From Takakia lepidozioides (lineage: Eukaryota > Plantae > Bryophyta), in the NCBI GenBank assembly GCA_030704615.1, contig CM060731.1:43710001-43774000 (forward strand): a stretch of DNA of 64,000 nucleotides. The letters are read 5' to 3'. Made by a program: the position numbers and the translations under genes. Every line of letters starts with the position of its first letter. Position 1 is the first letter of the stretch. Positions 12,320-24,690 of this stretch are shown piece after piece. The notes below the pieces were generated by a model, which was not told where the DNA came from, did no database searches, and saw only the letters and a list, made by a program, of their open reading frames with translations.

Positions 12320-13829
12320 GGTTGAGGTACCTGATTTTATTACCTGTGCTGCCCATTGACCATCTAATCATGCAGGTTTCATGTAGAGTGGTTCATTGGA
12401 AGGCATGTGCTTGAGATCCGGCTCTCTCCTATGGATCTGAACCCACACTCCATCCCTTCAGCTATCCCTGCCTCGACAACACTAATGCACAGATCCTTCC
12501 TCCTTGCTGCTAGCAGTCGACAATGACAACATAAATTTATTTAGCAGACACCCCAGCCCCACTTACCACACTAGTTCCTCTGTGCTGACAAGACTTCAAA
12601 AATGTGCTGGGAGAGAGGAGGATAACAATTTGCAAGAGAGTCTTTCAATGCTACTTGTTTTCTGCTTTTGCTTTGACATAACAGGCATTCACCTTCCTGT
12701 GTTGAATGTCCCTCCGTTGACTGGGTTCTGAAAAGTATTCCTTCCAAAGCTTCTCCGGTAAAACAAGCCTATGTGAATCGAAGAAGAGGTACCCTCACCA
12801 TATTCTGCTTGTTCTTCTGTCATGGAAGTAGCTAGTTTTTTTTTCACCCAAGGAGGATTCAAACAACCCTGAATCCAAAGGACCCCTTTCGCATGCTGCT
12901 TATGTCTGTGGTCCAATAATCTTGGATTAATCTGTGAAAACCACCAGGGTGCAGCTGAGTAGCCACAGTTTTAAACACATCCTCCTAGACAACGCCAACC
13001 CTCACAATTACCTTGTAAGAACCAGTTGCAAAAGACAAACTCTTTCACATCATAATGAGAAAGCCACACCTTGCGATAGCAATTGGCCCACCATTTTGAA
13101 GGATCTTTAAAGCCCTCTTGCCAGTGCTGTTCCATGCTCCATGGTTGACCTTCATGACAGACACTCCAAGAGCACCAGAGCGACTTGCATGAATGTTGTC
13201 AAAAGCTATACTAGCACTCCTCCATAAAGGAAACTGTTTTTGCTGGCTTAGACTACAGGGGGCCCTGCACCAAGTATGATGTTTGAACGCCACATATTGA
13301 ATGAGGTACCCAAACCCTTTTCACTAGGAGAAATTTGGGAGAATTGGTTGAACAAGTGTTGCAGAAAGAGGGTCTGGAATTTCTGTCTAGAAAGACGATG
13401 AGGGGTTCCTAAGAGGGATGTAGTGCAAGGCCCTTCGCATCATTCACGCTGGTGGACCGTTCTTGCTTCTTAACCTCAATTGCCGAACTAAGGTCCGTGG
13501 CTGCGTGCAATTCTGTGTGAGGCATCATCCCTTACTCTTTGTTTTTGTTCTGGCTTTATGCGCGCGTTTGTGTTTCTTTGGGATCGCTGTGTCTCTTAGA
13601 CATACACCGATTGCTGTGCGGCCATTTGCATGTCCACAAAGTCGTCTCTAGTTGCTTACCTACTACAGGAATTCTCGTTCCGAGACTACGATCTGGCTCC
13701 ACTCATCATCTCAAATACCATGCAAATTCATTTCTCTAGAAGATGTTTATTAATAAACTTTTTGAGACCTCATTGACTCTGTGTTCTGATTTTCGCTTCT
13801 CCAATTTGGGTTGTTTGGGTCCCCGTGAG

Positions 13830-14025
13830 GGGAGGGTTGCGCCGGCCAAGGAGGAAGTGCAATACCAAGGCGACGCGCGCGGGCCCGGGCAGCAAGCTGC
13901 CGAATGGGCTCGCACCCGAGAAAAATTAGATTAATATCATGAGACTCGATGAGTCTCGTATCAGATATTAAACTGATAAGAACAGATACTACACTTGATC
14001 TTAGCCAAAAGGCCGAGAAAGGTAT
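13830..14025 (-). ncRNA. U2: U2 spliceosomal snRNA
   Basis: Reverse complement starts ATACCTTTCTCGGCCTTTTGGCTAAGATCAAGTGTAGTATCTGTTCTTATCAGTTTAATATCTGATA (canonical plant U2 5' end, branch-site pairing GTAGTA at 13987-13992); Sm-like AATTTTT; stem-loop IV loop TTGCAC. 3' end approximate. Confidence 0.97.
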
Positions 14026-14048
14026 ACCACTACAGGGGCGCCCTGTGG

Positions 14049-14094
14049 TTTATATACCTGGCTAGATTACAAACTTGGGCAATCGATATGGGAC
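14049..14094 (-). promoter_or_regulatory. Plant snRNA promoter: USE + TATA box
   Basis: GTCCCATATCG (14094-14084; consensus RTCCCACATCG) and TATATAAA (14056-14049, -31 to -24 from the U2 start). Confidence 0.88.
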
Positions 14095-14355
14095 TATCTC
14101 TTGCATGAGAATAATATATCTGGTGTTGCAAAGGATGAAACAAACAGAAAAACTAAACTTTCTCCTGCTACACGCCAGAGCGATTGTTGCTTGTGGTGAT
14201 GGCACGCTTGGACGGAGAGGAGGTTGCTTGTTGCTTCTGAAGAGTTTGCTCTGTTTTGCTTGGGTACCGAGCTGTGAAATGTTTCAGCTTTCGAATTGTT
14301 CAAGCTGCGGTGCTTCGACTTGGGAGGGATGCTCAGCTTATGCGAGACAAGTGCA

Positions 14356-14785
14356 ATGAAGTCCGCAGAGCGTAGTCGGGGCGTCCTTGTCGCTTTTATA
14401 CTGCTGCACCTGTTTCTTGTCCCCGCTCTCGCCAAGTCAAAGAAAAAAACTGATGTCTCCATCAAGACAGTGGTGGTGTTGGCGATGGAGAATCGGTCAT
14501 TCGGTCACATGCTAGGGTGGCTCAAGCGCCTGAATCCGGAGATCGATGGTCTTCGTGGAGATGATGCAATCCGAAGAACACCACGGTTCCAGGCTCTCTC
14601 TTGTTGTTTGTGTCTCAAGCATCGCAGAGTTTGTGGACCCGGACCTGGACACTCATTCCAAGCCATTAGGGAGCAGATTTTTGGACAAAATGATACCTCG
14701 GAGAAGCCCCCTCCATGAACGGTTTTGCGCAGCAAGCAGAGAGCATGGAAAAAGGTTTTTCAAAGACAGTGATGAGTGCTTTCAG
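14356..14785 (+). pseudogene. Non-specific phospholipase C (NPC/phosphoesterase) exon 1, frameshifted; rest of gene absent
   Basis: Signal peptide, IKTVVVLAMENRSFGHMLGWLKRLNPEIDG, PGHSFQAIREQIFG and PMNGFAQQAES match plant NPCs; ENRSFDH has become ENRSFGH; GT donor at 14786; no downstream exons found. Confidence 0.88.
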
Positions 14786-15230
14786 GTATGTTTGCGCTGT
14801 CTGCTTCGCTTGCCAGATTGAAACACTCCCTTTGCTTGCAGCTAAGATTCTTCAAGTTATTATTTTCGATGAAGACTGCACGGGTTCAAGTTTCAACGGT
14901 ATAGCATGTGCATCGTGAGGCCACCAAGAGCAGGTTGACGAAATTCCAGCGTCACTATCACCAGTTGTTCACCTGAAGTTTTGCAAGTAGAGGAATGAAC
15001 TTTGCAGCACCAATCCCTTTGAGAATTTGGTGTGTCAAAGTGAGTGGAATTGTACCCTCACTACTACAACATCCAAAAAATTTGAGGGGCCCATTTCACT
15101 GTAGTCGTCCATTTTCAGTCAAATTCTGAAGATTTCATCATGTTGTCTTGCTGACCTTCAAGGATGAAATAAATTGGGCAAGGCCCCATCCCACGTGGCT
15201 GACATGTCACTCATTTGAAAGTTCATATCC

Positions 15231-15297
15231 ACTAGGGTAGCCTGTGCCGTTTGGCCGAAGTGTCCAGTGTCATCTAAGTCCAAGTGCAATCCCCCTG
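15231..15297 (-). repeat. hAT-like terminal sequence, inverted diverged copy
   Basis: Reverse complement CAGGGGGATTGCACTTGGACTTAGATGACACTGGACACTTCGGCCAAACGG aligns to the 8959/15792 copies. Confidence 0.7.
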
Positions 15298-15791
15298 GGT
15301 CACTCCCCTCACACCGCGGTACACCCTCGGGTTGGGGACTTACCTTGCGGAAAGACATAGGATTTCTTTCCGTTTCTTTTCGCTGTGGACGGTTCAGATT
15401 GTGGCATATAACATAAAAGATGAGATTGTAAAGAAAAGATGGCGTGCATAATCTCCCACGGGTGCTTCAATTATTGCGGTGCTTCAAAAAAAAAGATCCG
15501 ACGGGTTATTTTATTATTAAAACAAAATTAAATTTGTTTGGTAACGGGATACTGAAAAAAAATCGTCGGATGTCATCCTGACATAAACTCCATTTGTCCA
15601 TAACCGCATAGGGTTAAATTTTGTATTTGTTGCCAACCGGCAGGATCAGAGAAACGGAAAAGCTCCAAAACCGAACCGGAGGACGTGAACACAAAGTCAA
15701 AAGTTGAATATCCGTAACCTGCTGATATTAAAAAATCAAATAATCGCACAACAGTGGTGGAATCTCCCAAACTGCACGGTCTCTAGATACA

Positions 15792-15855
15792 TAGGGGATT
15801 GCGCTTGGATGACACTAGACACTGGCCAACGGTACCTTAGTTGCAATAATCTATG
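15792..15855 (+). repeat. hAT-like terminal sequence, copy 2
   Basis: Identical to 8959-9022. Confidence 0.75.
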
Positions 15856-17519
15856 GTCATCACATGCGTGCATAACACGACACTGGTTCAAGCTCGCCGA
15901 CTAACGTACTGATGTAATGGAATCTAAAGTTGAGTACAGCGCCTCTATGAACTGTGCACAGCGCTTTGGCGTCCACGACACGAGGAGGAGAAAATGCCCT
16001 GTGATATATACATGTAGAGTCTACAGAGGTTTGTGGAAGTACACAGGATCATTATACTGTATGGTCGGTCTTGTTCAACGCATTGCTCCAACAGACGAGT
16101 GTTTCTCATTGTTCTTCTCACACTCAGTATTAAAGTTGTGTGTGGTAGACTTGATAGTCGTAATATACCAAGTCTGCAAGGGAGAGTCATCAGTTGGTTG
16201 GAGGACCATGGCAGCTATGATCAGTTGCAGTGGTACTGGGTTGAAGTTAGGGGACTCTCCAACTAGGGGTTTATTGCACCGCCGGGACGACCGTAGCCTT
16301 CAGAAACAACAACACACCAGATTGGGACCGGTTTACTTCGCGAAGCGCACTTGCCGATCTCACGTAAGAAATTACACCATACAAATTGATCATATATAAT
16401 TGATTTCGAGTGATATATCGGCGCCGTGCTAGGTCGAAGGTCAGTAGTGAGTAAGTTCCATTATATCTGATGGGTCCTATCGTAGGAAATGCTTGTTGAC
16501 GTTACAAAGACAAGTACTGCAAATTTTGTTTATCAATACCGTCACTCACGAGTACTAATGTTGTTTGCCCGCGATGCAGCCACTTGCAAATTCATGATCC
16601 GTTTGTAAGAAGACGGCTGTAATTTGAAGTCTGAGGACTACAATACATGCTCGCACCAAGTCACTTGAGATCCCAAAAATATGTAACAAATTTATCTATG
16701 ATGGCTTTTCACTCTCATTGCTCCATGGTATATGGTAAAAATCTCAAACGTGTCTCAAGACTTCGTAACTCTGATCACCCGCTTGACATAACGCTTGATC
16801 ACTTCCTCGGGTTGATCTTGCTTCAGCTGGCCGGTTTTAGTGGGCTTGTATCAACACTTCCTTACACGTGCATTTACTTTACTATGAATTCAGGATTGGA
16901 AAACTTTCAGCTTGCCCCCAAAACAAGGGACAGCTCTAAGGGATTCAGAGCAAGTGGGATTGTTGGAATGCTTGTGTGTATTGTAGAAGCGGACTTGTCA
17001 AATGATGATCCCAGCTGGTCTGAGTGACGAACCTTTTGAGATGCGCTCTATGAATCCTATATTACTGCTGCCTGGCGAGGGAGGTGATCCCTTACCATCT
17101 GCACGGAATACATTACTCAGGGAGGTAAGCGCAGGAGGCGCCGTCGGGCCGATACTGGAAGAGGACCACACCATAGCAGCTTGTACAAAAGGAGATGAAG
17201 ATAATCTACTTGACATCATGCAATGACATACCTTGGATGATTTCCTTTTGGTGTGTTGGCATCAACATTCTAGCAATGCAACCCCACATGCAGGGGTAAG
17301 TCCACAATCTCAAGGGCAAGACTTTTGGTCCTCGATTAGGGTTTGAAAGCACATTGCGTGTGTTTAAGAGACTTAGTGTACGTGATCTACACTTACAAAG
17401 AGGTGTCCTGAATGTTACTTCTATCTAATGTAACTACGGGAAACGTCTTAGTTTGTATCTTAATATATAAGCACCTTGGAGGTAATATGTAATATCTGCA
17501 ACTGCAGATGTCACGGAAG

Positions 17520-19400
17520 CTGGTGCTTACAATGTAGAAGTATAAGGGAACTGCACAAGCATGGGAAGTACTGGACCATTCGGGCATATAAAATCCTGCG
17601 GTACTTGGTGATCATATTTATGAAGTGGGGTACTCCGGAAATTTTATAGCGTATAGTGATAGTCCTGACAGCTGCAAGTGCATAGTGACAATGAGAGCAC
17701 GGAAGGGCGCCATATTTCTCCTTCCGGCACTAAAAGGGTAGTGAGACAACTGATCCAAGGCTTTCGACTGTACAGGGCTTGGTTATAGTTAACATCCTCT
17801 CACAGTTTGTGCACAGATTAGATCGACAATTTTGGATTCATGCTGCAGAAACGGTTGGTAAGGAAGTTTTCTATTCATGGCTGTACATGTATGTTAGGTG
17901 CCTATGGAGCCCGGACTGGAACAACGGACCAGCCCATCAGAGAAGAACGTAACCGCTGAACCTTCGGGGCTGATCTTTACGGACACCTGCAGGTGACAAG
18001 AACTGGGCAAGCTGGTGGTTTCGAGAAGCTAGGGATTTTTAAAGAAGAGGAGGCCGTGTGCGAGAAGAAAAAGAATGGTTGTAGCGCGGGCTATGGAGCA
18101 GGCCTGAATAGAGGAGAAGGACAGATGATTTGAAAAGAGGGCCTGAGATCTTAACAAAGATGTGTGATATGAATGCATAGAGGGAGATGTGAAAATAACA
18201 TGGTGTGGTGGTCGGGTGGACCGGAGGAGTAATCCGGTACTGTGCTGTCAGGAATAGATAAGGTAGAGATGTGCGGTGGGTTTTCTGGCTGACTGAAATC
18301 AGAACGTGATGCCTTCTCTATCTAGAATGTACAAGCTGTGAATAGAGTTCTAGTCAGGTTTTCACTGGGCTTGAACTGACCGGAATCCCTGTGATAGTGA
18401 GCAATCCCTGTGATAGTGAGCAGAGGAGTGTCTATTGATTTTCCCAGTTGAATATAATCAAGTGGACAGCTCTTTCCTTTGAGCTTTTGGAATGAGATCA
18501 ACTCTATGTGACTTCATGATATTTTATTGAGAACTGGACAGAACATGTAGAGGTGCTACGGTTGAAATAAAGACAGAGCAGTGATAATGTACACCTTCAA
18601 TCTTGCCAATCAGTACGTTGGTGGACCGGATGACTTGATCGACAAGCCATGGCGTCCCGTCGCTTAGGGGTTTAGTTTCTCGGGAAGGGTGTCTCAGTCG
18701 CTACATCTTGGTCAACTTACTCTTCAGCTTTTGTAGGCTGGCATGTAAGAATTGTTCAAATAGATATTATTTGGAGAGACGGTTTCTATGCGAATCTATT
18801 TACTAGCATATAGGGAGATCCTGAAGTCGTCTCAATTAATCGGTTCAAAAGCTCGCTGATATTTCTAGTGAAGCCAGATCAGTTTAAAATAGTTTAAGCC
18901 TTCATACTAACTAGATTATAAAGGCAATTTATTGTTTCCTCAACTGAGTAAGTGTCTAGGCGTATAAGTAGCTTCTTTTAAATTTAGGAGCATACATCTG
19001 GATTTTTTTCCAATGAATGAAGAGTCTAACCGCTAGACTAGATATACTGAGTCTGCAAGGTGTGTCAAAGTGTCCTGAGATATCATCTGGTAATGGATTG
19101 TCTACTATGTACAGAATGTTCAGCTGTTTCAGTGGTCGTGACAGTATTTACAACCTTTGTGGTCTCGTGCATTGCGTCAGATGGGAGTGCTGTACATTGA
19201 TGTGGCAAGGAATAGTCCTTTGGGGTCTTCTAGGCCTGCAGGAGGGGAATTCCTCAGGTGTGGGGAAAAGTCTTGCAATGTGGGTCGGCACTACCACACT
19301 TACCACTGTGTCTGTAAGTATTGCAAATCCTCTGACAGGTACACTATCGTATTGCCAAGAGGCCCTGCCAGGATTTCCCGACTGTTATGTTTGGCGTTAT
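17520..19400 (+). mobile_element. Highly decayed LINE (L1-type) ORF2 remnant
   Basis: Colinear degenerate motifs: AYNV (APE start), GDKN (GDFN), LSGIDK (SRIDR), FYANLFTS, and WVGTTTLTTVSVSIANPL (resembling WRPITLLNVxYKIxAK). No intact frame. Confidence 0.45.
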
Positions 19401-20900
19401 GCCCACAGGCAATGGGTACATGGATTATTTACACCTAGTACCTGGTGTAATGAATGTATAAAAAGCTCGCAAAACACCTTGTACAGTCTAAACTTTCGCT
19501 TACTAGCTTCGCCTTGCAGCAAACTAGAGCGGTCCCTGAAGATCTAGTCGTGCACGTCTCCTGTTCCAAACAATTCTAAATGTGCAAAAGTTCAAACCAA
19601 TCAGCTCATAATATCATTTGTATAGACTCTATATCTTCTTACAGTTGATAAATGTGGGGACAGACAAGTTGCTGTGGTGGGCACTGACCAAAGCAGCCCA
19701 AGCTGGAAACCACCATTGGATTCAGGTCATTGTTTCCTGCAACAGCCCCGCTACAACTGTCTTGAGTAAAAATCACTTAGAGCTAGCATGGACAAGCAGA
19801 CATGACTAATTCTATTTTGGATGGATGTAAGACTTCAGAGACGTGGCTGGTGATACCAAGATTGGAAGAAGAAAGCTCGGAAATTATTGGCATTCATCTT
19901 TCTCATGGATCCGCTGTTCACGCACTATGTTGTCATGAAGGACTCTTCATGCTCTACTCCACAACTCATCTGCGAAGCTATAGGTGCCATCCTGTCTGGC
20001 TGTCTGGCTTACCGGTACATGCATCACCATATTCACTGTGAATTATAGAATGAACCCCTGCAGAACGGATTAAGTTCTTTTCGATTCTAATCCGGGAACT
20101 AGGCTCCAGAGGGTATCTGCACTATCATCTATCTTCAGCTACTCATGGCCGAGGTCCCACTAATTAACCCGCGTATGCACGAAAGCAGTGCTCGTGATCT
20201 GCCAACATCGTGCGATGCTGAAAAGCAGCATTTGTTATAATAACACTGTATTATTGCTGCCCTTGGGGCTCACAAGGGTTTTAATTTTTTCCCTTCAATA
20301 ATTTTCAATAAAGCTCATCCAGGGCCTCTGTCCCTGTTCCTTGAGGAAGAAAAAGAAAACACTGTAACCCATTTTAATGGCCTCTCATTTTAAGATAATA
20401 GGGTCTTCAATGGGCACTTGCGATGTGGCCGGTGGGCCCCGCGCACGGACTCCCGGCTCTGCCCGCCCCGCCCGCCGCTGCGCGCGGCTGCAGCAACCGC
20501 GCCCGCACCCCCTCCGCCGCGCGGCCAGTCCCCCGCCCATGAGTCCGCTGCCCTCCAGTCTGCCAGTCCGCTGCTGGCCAGTCTGCCAGTCCGCCAGTCT
20601 GCCCGCTAGTCCGGTGCAGGCCAGTCCGCTGCCCAGCAGTCCGCCAGTCTGCCCGCCAGTCCGCTGGCCAGTCCCCTGCCATCCAGTCCGCTGACGGCGC
20701 AGGATCGCCACCATCCATTCCCATAACCCATCCGAGCCCTCCATTTTTAGGGCTGCAATTCAAACCTGCATCCCTGCCGCCTGCTACTTGCCAGCAGCCG
20801 CGAACGTGCGCACTGTTCTCCTGGCACGTTGTCGATCGTGTCCTGTACTGCGGCGCGTTTCTTGCATGTTCAGAAGCGTGTCATTTGTATTGTATAGGGC

Positions 20901-23900
20901 ATGGACGTGGAAGCAAAACCCGATGATGTACTGATCACGGAAAGCCCGCTTATACGGCCTCTTCGACAATGTTTGCAAACAGCAAAACCAGGACCCTTCA
21001 ACAGGAAGGATCTTCATTGGAAGAGTGAGATGCAATATGGATTTATGGGTGTGCGAGTGAATGTTGAAAAGGCCTGCATACCTTGGGATAGAGTTGGTGA
21101 CTTCGTCCTGGGAGAGGAGAGTTTGGAGGACTACCCCACTCAGTTTTGGGTGAATGTCCATTCTAAAGTGGAACCCGGCTCGCGAAAAGCACCAAGAGCC
21201 AACACATTTATGTCCAGTATTATGTGTGCACCATCCTCAGTCATTTTGACGTTTCATTGCATGTCTGTTGCCATTTTTTGTTTCACGAGTTCTCCGATTT
21301 TATGCTTCCTCAAGTCGTTGGATATCGATTTTAGAATTTTCTGTCCAGGTATCAATGCTGCTACGGTCCTGATGACAAGCGCACCAACAAGGCAATAGTG
21401 GAGGATCCAAAACAGAAGCGTGGAGGACCTCTTGTGGGTGTTGGAACATCTTGCCCTCATAAACGCCCAAAGAGAAAGAAGTCGGAGTATGGAGAGTCTT
21501 ACAAACGTGGTTGCCAATGCTGTTTCAAGGTCCAGCAATGCTATCTCGCCCCTGACATTTGTGTCATCACGTACTACAACAACATGGAGCATACAGATGT
21601 GCAAGGGAAACCCTCGCATGGGAAGTCCACAGAGTTCAGGAACACCCGCCACGTCTATGCACCACACATTAGCGAGGAATTGAAAGCCTGGGTCGTCGAG
21701 TGTTTGTGCCGAGGCCTGTCGGTCGCCCAAATCATGATGGAGCATAAAGAGCACGTGATGAACAACACCGGCTTGGGCGATGCATGGACCCGCGATGATT
21801 TCTTGTTGGAGCAAGATGTTCGCAACCTTGCCGAGAAACGTGCGTGACAAACCTTCAAAAAGCACGCCGATGATGCAGAGAGTGTGCGCATGTGGAGAGA
21901 CCAGAATCCTGCGTCCGTTTTTTCTATCAAGATGAGAAATTAGAGCCAACATTCGAGCATTTTGATAGAGATTTGACATTCACTATTGGCATACAGACTC
22001 CGTGGCAGAAACGACGAATGCTGGAACTAGGACATGACCGTATCGTTGCATGTGATGCAACCTTTGGGACAAATCATGACAAGGTGCTATTCGAACGATT
22101 CCATGGACTTGTACGAGCATGATAACATAGTACCATGCAACATTCACATAAAATTTGGTGTGCTGACCCTTTCTGTATGTTTTCATGTGTACGTTGCGGA
22201 AGACTGAGGGGCAGACCCATTGTGAACCGCTGCAGACCTCATCACTCTTATGAAGTCTTCTCGTGCAGAACTGAGCAGAATTTGCATGCTCTGACCATCT
22301 TACATTGTGCATTCCAACAGTTCCCATTGTACACGTTGATGGTCTTCGACGAGTGGTTGAACGGTATACCAGTTGCCTATATCCTATCCGCGAGGAATCG
22401 GACAAGAGACCTGGTTCCGTGGATGAAAGCCTTACGCGATTCACTCCCCGCAGATTTGCCGAGCTGGTGACCCAATGCCTTCATTGTGAACGATGCCGAA
22501 GCAAAAATCAACGCTATTCGGTAAGTCTGTTGGTCCACAACACCGGCCATTGTCGAGGTCCACTGCAACAGTCCATTGCTACAGTCCACTGGCAGACTCC
22601 TGTGGCGAAACCCGATGGCAGTTCGCTGGGCAAATTCACTGGTGGTCCGCTGTCAAGTCCGCTGCCAAGTCCACTCAGCAGTCCTTGGGGTCGGCCGTCC
22701 GCTGCCAAGTCCACTCGGCCGTCCCTAGCAAGTCCGCTCGGCAGTCCGCTGTGGCAGTCCAATGGGGCAGTCCGCTGATGCAGTCCGCTGCCCCAGTCCT
22801 AGTTAGGGGAAGTCCAATGGGGAAGTCCACTGGGTAGTCCAATGGGGTTATTCCAACACATCAATGTCATGCCATTGTACTGTCCACTGGGCGAGTCCAG
22901 TGGCTCTACCCGCTGATACAGGTCGTTGTTACAGTCTACTCCGGCAGTCCACCATTGCAGTCCGATCCCAAGACTCTAATGTGTACCATGTGTGTTGTGC
23001 AGAATTGTTTTTGAAGGAGTACTCATTTTCCTCTGCCTTTGGCATGTCCGCAAGGCATGGATAAAGCAATCATGCAAGAAAACGAAGGATCCAGTGATCG
23101 CTGTAAACTTGTTGAATGATATGGGAGACCTCATGTACTGTAGAGGGGGACCATGCAACGAAAAAAGAGCGCTTCGGTGGGTTGCAGGGAGAATCCGTCG
23201 TATGAGGTCAAAATACCCAAAAAGACATGAATTTCTTGACTATATCGAACAGTACTAGAAGCCCAAAATAGCATTGTGGTGTACAACAGCCCGCCATGTC
23301 CCTCATGCGAGCCAAGACACAAGCGCAAGCATTGAGGCATACCATGGAAATCTGAAGGCAAGACTTGCCATAGGGAAAGACAAGATGAGTGGTCGTAGAG
23401 TGGACTGGCTTATATGGGAACTCACTGGCCGTGTGCTAACACACTATTGGTACGCAATCCATTTGAAGACCCACGGGTTCATAAGAAATGATAAACATGA
23501 AAAGTACATATCCAGTTCTATACTTGCGGCACGAGACATTCCTGCTGAGAGTGTTACTCTTCCCTTGGGTCCTGGTGAATCAGCCTACGTTCTTAGCAGC
23601 AACCACCCTGGCACAACATACATTGTTTACAATCCTAATTGCAATTGAGGTTGTTGCATGTGCCCATGGGCAATGAAGGAAAACTTATGCAAGCATCAGG
23701 TCTGTGTCCTGAAGATGCTTCACCCTGACCTACAGGATGGTCTCCTTGTGCGCGCTTGTGGCACGGCGCTGGGAACCATTCATGGAGGATTACCTAACTT
23801 GCTCTTGGGCAATGGTGCCGGCGGCAACGACGAATCCAATCAGTTCATGGAAAGACATCCTCTGGACGACTTCCCCTACGACGAGGCATCCTTGGAGGTC

Positions 23901-24449
23901 TCAGCCTCAATGGAACAAGAATTCGCGGACATACTTCGCATTGTAGGTGATGACAAATACCTGGAGGCACATGCCCGATCTACTCTTCATATGTGCAGAG
24001 GGCAGCTCGTTGATATCCTGGCAAAAAGTGCGGCTGGAATGTTGCACCCTGCGGCAGCGAAGGCTTTCCGTCCTCTGAACGACAACAACAACATGTCTCT
24101 GAAAAAAAGACGAGATTTCGTGGAGGCCTGGAAAACCCGGCCTAGGGTTTTGCGGAGAACCAGCAAGAGGGTGTCTGCACCTGCACCTGCAGCACATATA
24201 TACTCGAAAATTTGCAAGGTTTCAGGTCGTGTAGTAAGCCTGTCTGTTGCCCACTCCAAAAGTCTGCTCACCACACTTCCACCTCATCCCTGCAACTCTT
24301 CCAGTAGACTGCTGGACAGACTAAGTCTCAAGCAGACTCATCCACAACAGCAGACTCAAAATGGACAGGCTCCAGTGGACTACCTCCCTAACGACTCATG
24401 CCAATCCAGCGTCCCAGCGGACTCATGGACATGGTGCCTACCAGACTAG
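20901..24449 (+). pseudogene. MULE DDE transposase with SWIM zinc finger (intron-containing, premature stops)
   Basis: FTIGIQTPWQ, DATFGTN, FPLYTLMVFDEWLNGIPVAY, CLWHVRKAW (CxxH), SIEAYH, SWIM CMCPWAMKENLCKH; GT-AG introns near 21224-21348, 22085-22320 and 22521-23021; stops near 21845, 22468, 23256 and 23646. Confidence 0.9.
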
Positions 24450-24690
24450 GTACCAGACCCACCAGTCCTAGCCTCGGCAACATACTGCTTGCACATTCAA
24501 GCTCAGCAGACTCGGGTGCACAGTGCATGGAAAAATTGACACCATTGTGTCCATTGAGTTTAGTGACAACATTACAAAACATGCCAGCACCCACAGTACA
24601 CAAAAGTGCTCATCACCACTGGAATAGTAAGCGAAAAGACTTGCATTTTTTATTTCGGTACATAGACTTCACATGACAAGTACATCATAC

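Noticed and set aside
12420-13400. Host gene fragment upstream of the PPR gene
   Set aside because: Short ORFs with no recognisable motif.
20901-24449. Premature stops repaired by U-to-C RNA editing
   Set aside because: This is nuclear transposon DNA, and most stops appear to replace Trp codons, which U-to-C cannot restore; ordinary transition decay explains them.
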